A DNA stretch of 64,000 nt from Candidatus Poribacteria bacterium (GTDB taxonomy: Bacteria > Poribacteria > WGA-4E > WGA-3G), in NCBI GenBank assembly GCA_965215265.1, contig OZ244048.1, forward strand, positions 1,728,001 through 1,792,000. Direction: 5' to 3'. Within the stretch, counting starts at the first letter, position 1. Every line of letters starts with the position of its first letter. Shown here one piece after another: positions 58,613 to 64,000 of this stretch. The position numbers and the translations under genes were made by a program. The notes under the pieces are model-generated. The model saw nothing but the letters and a program-made list of their open reading frames with translations. It was not told the origin of the DNA and searched no databases.

Positions 58613-60067
58613 ATGGCAAAAAAACCGAATATCTTATTTCTCATGAGTGATGAACACAGTCCACACGCTATTGGGTGCGAAGGCAACGAGATTGTGCAAA
58701 CGCCGAATCTCGATCAGCTTGCAGCATCGGGGAGTTACTTTGAGAAGGCATATTGTCAAGTGCCGCTCTGCACGCCTTCACGGATGTGCATGCTGACAGG
58801 GAAATATGCACATCGATGCTCTGCATGGAATAACGGTTCTGTGCTGTTCCCGGAGCATCTTACAATGCCAGCGCACTTTGCAAACCACGGATATAGCACC
58901 GCGCTTATTGGCAAGATGCACTTCGGTGGCAAGGAACAGAACAACGGTTTCCAACACCGGCCGTATGGTGACTTGCGCGGATATGCCGGGCATCAAACCG
59001 ACCCGCTGCACGGGCCACCCGGCACTCGGGAGCGAACACGCCAAGCAGGCATCTCCGAAATCCCACCGAGTCTTTTGCAAGAGAGAGTCATCAACACCGA
59101 AACGGTTGAATACTTAAGAGCACACCCACCTGAGCAACCGTGGTTCCTCCTTGCGAGTTATAGCCGTCCGCACTTTCCGCTCACTGTCCCGAAACGACTT
59201 TTTGATAAGTATTGGCCCCATAATGTGGACATGCCGAACATTCCACCGGGGCATTTGGAACAGACACACCCGTTTGCAAAAGGGCTCCGAGACAATTTCA
59301 AGACCGAAGATATCCCTGAGGAAGAAACACGGAAAGCACGGGCAGCTTACTACGCGTGTTGTGAATTCTTGGACGAATGTATCGGCGATTTATTGGCACT
59401 TCTGGAACGGGATGGCCTGTTAGACAATACGATCATCGTCTATACGACTGACCACGGGGAGATGGCAGGCGAGCACGGGCAGTGGTGGAAATCGAGCTAC
59501 TATGAAGCAGCTGCCCGAGTGCCCTTGATTATTGCAGATAGGCGTGAGGAGAATCAGCTGGGGCACGTCCCCTCCCCAGTTGAATTAAATGATCTGTTTC
59601 CAACGTTATGTGCGCGTGCAGATGTTCCAATTCCGAATGGATTGGACGGTGCAGATCTGACACAGCTCATGGCAGGGAACGCGGAAGACTGGCGCAACAC
59701 GGCGATAACCGAATACTGGTCTAACCAATCGACCGGCCCGATGCGAATGCTCCGCACATCACGCTATAAATACGTCGCCTTTCCAGAGGATGAGTCGATC
59801 TTGTTTGATTTGGAGACAGACCCGGACGAATTTGAGAACCTCGCCGGGAAGGCTGAATATCGGCAATTGGAAGCAGGTTTAGACGAACAACTGATGGCGG
59901 GATTCAGTTGGGAAGCAGTTGAGCAACAGAAGGCTGAAGATAGGGAGCGAAGCAAAACCTTTGCAGAGCCATGGGGGCGAGGCACACCTAATCAGTATAC
60001 ATTACCTGACGGGAGAGTTGTGGATGCGGAAACTTGTCTCTATCGTCCCTCAGTGAGGGATGCGTAA
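58613..60067 (+). CDS. Sulfatase
   Basis: PNILFLMSDEH, CTPSRMCMLTG, GKMH, TDHGE. Confidence 0.93.
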   Translation: MAKKPNILFLMSDEHSPHAIGCEGNEIVQTPNLDQLAASGSYFEKAYCQVPLCTPSRMCMLTGKYAHRCSAWNNGSVLFPEHLTMPAHFANHGYSTALIGKMHFGGKEQNNGFQHRPYGDLRGYAGHQTDPLHGPPGTRERTRQAGISEIPPSLLQERVINTETVEYLRAHPPEQPWFLLASYSRPHFPLTVPKRLFDKYWPHNVDMPNIPPGHLEQTHPFAKGLRDNFKTEDIPEEETRKARAAYYACCEFLDECIGDLLALLERDGLLDNTIIVYTTDHGEMAGEHGQWWKSSYYEAAARVPLIIADRREENQLGHVPSPVELNDLFPTLCARADVPIPNGLDGADLTQLMAGNAEDWRNTAITEYWSNQSTGPMRMLRTSRYKYVAFPEDESILFDLETDPDEFENLAGKAEYRQLEAGLDEQLMAGFSWEAVEQQKAEDRERSKTFAEPWGRGTPNQYTLPDGRVVDAETCLYRPSVRDA

Positions 60068-60351
60068 TACGAGTGGGGCTAAAGTAGCACGCCACATGCA
60101 GCAAGAAAAGCACACCCACAAGCGACTCCGTGGCCTGGGACCGCGCTGAAGAGAGGAACCGAGCACGTTCCACATCTAAAGACGAGCGATAAATTGTTCT
60201 TCTACAAACCCGATTTGTCGCGGACGCACATCTGCAAGAATGGAGAAGCCTCGGCCAAAAAGCCATCGACGAGATCTGCACAACAAGGCTCATGCCCAGT
60301 TGTCCTGAACCTTTCCAGCGACGAAAAGACTATTAACGTTAGAGAATATGC

Positions 60352-62370
60352 ATGCCAAACACCCCTAACCGAAGAACGACTATACCTCAAAAAAGCAATG
60401 AAGCAGCGCGCCTGCGATTTCCTGCGATTGTAGTAGGATTGCTCTTAGTGGGCGCGATGTGTGCAATCACACCGTATAACAACTATTTCTTACAGAATTC
60501 CAAGATTGCCGGTAACCATCTCCCTGTCGGCTCTATCTTTGGCATCCTGCTGTTGGTGTTTTTTGTAAATGTACCGCTGCGGAAGTTGATGCAACGTCGC
60601 AGTTTTGCCTTTTCTTCACTCGAGTTAACGGTTATCTGGATGATGCTGATTGTCGCTGTCGGTATCCCTTCAATGGGGTTGTTGCAGTTTCTCCTGCCTT
60701 CGCTGGTAGCACTCCGTTATTTTGCAACGACAGAGAACGATTGGGCAGAAACGCTCCATCCGCATATCCCGGATTGGTTAGTCGTTATGGATGTACGTGC
60801 GTCAACCGACTTCTATGAGGGCATTTCTCCGGGTGAAAACGTTCCGTGGCTGCTCTGGCTCAAGCCTCTTCTCATTTGGGGACTTTTTGTCCTTGTGTTT
60901 TATATCACAACGTTTTGCCTGTCCACAATTCTACGCAAACAGTGGGTAGAACGAGAACGGTTTTCGTTTCCGTTAATTCAGATTCCTATCCAATTAGCGG
61001 CGGAGCCCCCCCGTGGCACGCTGCTCAACACCTTCTTTAAAAATAGGCTGCTATGGGCAGGAATGGCATTGCCTGTGGTGTTGCACCTCATCAACGGTCT
61101 ACATGCACACTTTCCGACGGTGCCCGAAATTCCGCTTATCTACAACATCTATCAGGTGTTTACGGAGAAGCCGTGGCATACACTCGGTTGGTGGCCAGCG
61201 ATGCGACTCGTGATCTATTTTTCGGTCATTGGGATAGCGTCGCTGCTAACGCTTGAGGTGTCGTTTAGTCTCTGGTTTTTCTATCTCTTTTTTAAACTCC
61301 AATACATTATCATGAATGCAAGTGGATTGAGCATTAGCCCGTGGATTAGTTGTAGCCGGCAAGTGATGGGTGGTTATCTTGTCTTTGTTCCGGCTGTTTT
61401 CTGGATTGGGCGTGAACACATCTCGACAATTTTTAGAAAGACGTTCGGTCTGGGAGCGGCTCGGCCTTCGCGCATGGGCACTTTTTCCGAGTCCCGCACG
61501 ATAGACGATTCCAACGAACCAGTCTCCTATCGTGTAGCACTGCTCGGATTTGTGATAGGCTTTTTAACTCTCACTGTCTTCTTGGTGATGGCGGGTGTGA
61601 CAACATGGGTTGCCGTCGTAACTCTGCTTTCGATCTTCGTTACCTCTATTGTGTTGTCGTGGATGGTCGTGAATGGTGGGTTGTTGTTGGTGCAAGCCCC
61701 CTTTTTCCCTTCAGAGTACATTGATATTACGTTAGGTTCGGGCGCGTTAGGGCAGAAGAGCCTCGCGATTCTGAGTTTTCAGCGGACGTTCCTGCGGGAT
61801 TGGGGCGAATTCATGATGCCCAACTTTCTGCACAGTTTCAAAGCCGCGGACGAGGTGCGTCTCGCACGTCGCCGGATTCTTCCGATCCTGGGCATCGCCA
61901 TTGCGGTGGCTATCCTCGTTTCTGTTTACTTTTCTCTCACGCTCATCTACAACAAAGGTGCGCTGTTCCTGCAGAGTTGGAGTTTCGTAGTCGCGCCACG
62001 CAACTATTTTCAACGGATGAGTAGTCTCATCGAATTCCCCGTAGAGACAAAGTGGGACGAGGTTTACAGTATGATTGCAGGTGCCGGCTTTACGGGGTTT
62101 ATGCTCTGGATGCGCCAGCATTTTGTGTGGTGGTCCCTCCACCCGATCGGTTATTTGCTCGGTGCAACTTATCCGCCCTTTCACCTCTGGTCGTCCATTT
62201 TAATTGGGTGGTTCATTAAGTACAGTTCGCTCAAGTTTGGCGGTGCATCGACATATCGGAAACTCCGGCCTGTGGCATTCGGGTTAATTTTCGGGGAGTA
62301 TGTGATGGTTGGCGTGTGGATGATAGTCGGGTTTTTCACGGGGATTGGGTACTTTGCACTGCCATCGTAG
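60352..62370 (+). CDS. DUF6785/DUF6784-type polytopic membrane protein
   Basis: GNHLP, ATTENDW, RKQWVERERFSFPL, WWSLHPIGY. Confidence 0.78.
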   Translation: MPNTPNRRTTIPQKSNEAARLRFPAIVVGLLLVGAMCAITPYNNYFLQNSKIAGNHLPVGSIFGILLLVFFVNVPLRKLMQRRSFAFSSLELTVIWMMLIVAVGIPSMGLLQFLLPSLVALRYFATTENDWAETLHPHIPDWLVVMDVRASTDFYEGISPGENVPWLLWLKPLLIWGLFVLVFYITTFCLSTILRKQWVERERFSFPLIQIPIQLAAEPPRGTLLNTFFKNRLLWAGMALPVVLHLINGLHAHFPTVPEIPLIYNIYQVFTEKPWHTLGWWPAMRLVIYFSVIGIASLLTLEVSFSLWFFYLFFKLQYIIMNASGLSISPWISCSRQVMGGYLVFVPAVFWIGREHISTIFRKTFGLGAARPSRMGTFSESRTIDDSNEPVSYRVALLGFVIGFLTLTVFLVMAGVTTWVAVVTLLSIFVTSIVLSWMVVNGGLLLVQAPFFPSEYIDITLGSGALGQKSLAILSFQRTFLRDWGEFMMPNFLHSFKAADEVRLARRRILPILGIAIAVAILVSVYFSLTLIYNKGALFLQSWSFVVAPRNYFQRMSSLIEFPVETKWDEVYSMIAGAGFTGFMLWMRQHFVWWSLHPIGYLLGATYPPFHLWSSILIGWFIKYSSLKFGGASTYRKLRPVAFGLIFGEYVMVGVWMIVGFFTGIGYFALPS

Positions 62371-62435
62371 CTATTCGTCACGGCGAGAGGACCTTCCCAC
62401 TGCCCTGCAAGAGGCGGAAACGCTTACCATTCTGT

Positions 62436-63090
62436 TTACGAAACCGTATCGTTTCCGTTTTCAGAGAGATGATGGACAACGGCAAGCGGTGTTGCAGCGA
62501 GGAGCCCCGCATCAATCGGAATAACAACCCCGGAAATCCATCGTGATTCTTCACTCGCTAGAAAAACGGCTGCCCAAGCAACATCCCATGCGGTGCCTTC
62601 TGTACCGAGTGGTGCGATAAGTCTGCGCCGTTCCCGCTCGGCTTCACTTAAATACGGTGCCGGAAATGAGGCGTAGAGGTGCCCCGGTGCGATACAGTTA
62701 GTGCGGATATTATCGCGGCCGTGGTGTACTGCCATGACCTTGGTAGTTGAGATCATGCCGCCCTTTGCAGCGGCATAAGGGACGTTCCGGACAGAACCTG
62801 CACGCAATGCGTCAATTGATGAGACATTGATGATGGAACCGCCGCCTGCTTCCGCCATCCGCGGCACGGCATGCTTGCATGCCATAATCATGCTCTTGAG
62901 ATTAACATCCATGACGCGGTCCCACTTTTCCTCTTCGACTTGCGTTACCATGCCGGAGCCGCCTAAGCCGACGTTGTTAAACAGGACGCTCAGGCTCCCA
63001 AACTGTGTAACGGCGGTATCTACCATCGCGGCGCAGTCTGTTTCTTTGGAGACATCTCCGATGAACACAGCTGCTTCACCGCCTTCTGCC
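62436..63090 (-). pseudogene. SDR oxidoreductase lacking its N-terminal Rossmann motif
   Basis: NNVG, NVSS, YAAAKG, NCIAPG present; no GxxxGxG; homology ends at ~63090. Confidence 0.8.
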
Positions 63091-63747
63091 CAAGTTGACG
63101 GAGGAACTGAAGTCGAAAGACGACGCAGAGACCCGCTTCTCATGCAGAACGACCTCATTAACACCGCGAAAATTACCTGGGAATACCTAGGCATCGACCG
63201 GCTCGTTACAACCGCCCGTGCGAAACTTCAATATAATATCGATTTCGACAATCACAATCAACATTACGAAGTCGGAATTTTCAAAATGCTCTATCGACTG
63301 AGACCTTCCAAATCACTCGAAATCAGTCCTATGTTCAAATACACCGTCCGAAACGGATTCCGGATGGCTGAGGACCGGCTTGAAGACCTCGTCTTGAAAG
63401 AGGAAATCGAGGGGGCGCTCCTTACCCGCCGCCTACGACTCCGCAAAATAGAACAGGCGGATGTACGCGATATGACACCCGCACTCATCCTCAAAGTCGT
63501 CTATCAATTCACAAAAACCATCAAACTTACCGGCGGCGGACAGATTCTGCTCTTTAACGACATGATTAATGACGATAACGATTTTGTGCGGCAAGCCCTA
63601 TTGGCGGAGCTGGAAAAGAGTTTTGTCGCGTACCGCAAGCAACTCTTTCTGCACATCGGCGCCCGATACATAGATCAGCGTGCAATAGGTGAAGTGAATG
63701 ATCAGAATTTCATGGAGCTCTTCGTGCGGGTTTTTGGCAAATTCTAA
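63091..63747 (+). pseudogene. 3' part of a probable outer-membrane beta-barrel protein, 5' end missing
   Basis: Alternating beta-strand pattern and terminal FVRVFGKF; upstream of 63091 the ORF is just the antisense of the SDR. Confidence 0.55.
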
Positions 63748-63786
63748 AAGTTTTTTTTGATGATAATCCGGATGTGAGAAAAAGGT

Positions 63787-63940
63787 TTGCCAAAAAGTAT
63801 TGTTTTCGGCTAAAATGTGTTCGTCTCTTTTTTAATTCGGAAAAAAGAGTTGCCAAAAAACGTTCATTGTGCAATAATGCGAACTAACCTTTGAGTCAGA
63901 CAAAAAAAGTTTGCCAAAAAGTGTTGTTTTCGGCTAAAAT
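63787..63940 (+). promoter_or_regulatory. Three tandem promoter-like repeats
   Basis: TTGCCA-18-TAAAAT (63787-63816, 63911-63940) and TTGCCA-17-AATAAT (63850-63878). Confidence 0.6.
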
Positions 63941-64000
63941 GCCTTAACTCGAATCAGACAGGGAAAACTCAAAAAGATGAAACACCGAGAGTCCGTTTAC

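Noticed and set aside
62827-63194. Long antisense overlap of two real genes
   Set aside because: Each ORF's extension across 63090 is only the antisense of the other gene; a breakpoint explains it better.

Overview
AT-moderate bacterial chromosome segment. Its gene content (phytanoyl-CoA dioxygenases, sulfatases, LRR/lamin-tail/dockerin surface proteins, a '..GKLTERWATLK..' C-terminal motif, DUF6785-type membrane proteins) resembles Candidatus Poribacteria; this taxonomy is an inference. Housekeeping genes (purE, pyrK, bioB, serS, two tRNA-Asp, one tRNA-Val) are interleaved with accessory DNA. The standout feature is a family of four PD-(D/E)XK nuclease genes of two N-terminal types with repeat-variable C-terminal tails. 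Each has an internal Shine-Dalgarno plus ATG at the start of the tail, like Rpn intragenic antitoxins. One is followed by a tandem array of stand-alone tail cassettes. Three are followed by an orphan copy of a surface-protein gene's 3' end plus a terminator, giving a repeated [3'-end fragment - terminator - promoter - nuclease] unit. Other accessory items are a PLD-SNF2 helicase + type IIG-like methyltransferase pair, a TIR + membrane-effector pair with a 5-bp frameshift, a direct-repeat-flanked HExxH peptidase gene, mosaic intergenic repeats that duplicate gene 3' ends, a palindromic MITE/REP-like family, and an apparent inversion or chimera junction near 63.09 kb. No CRISPR array, rRNA or classical transposase was seen.
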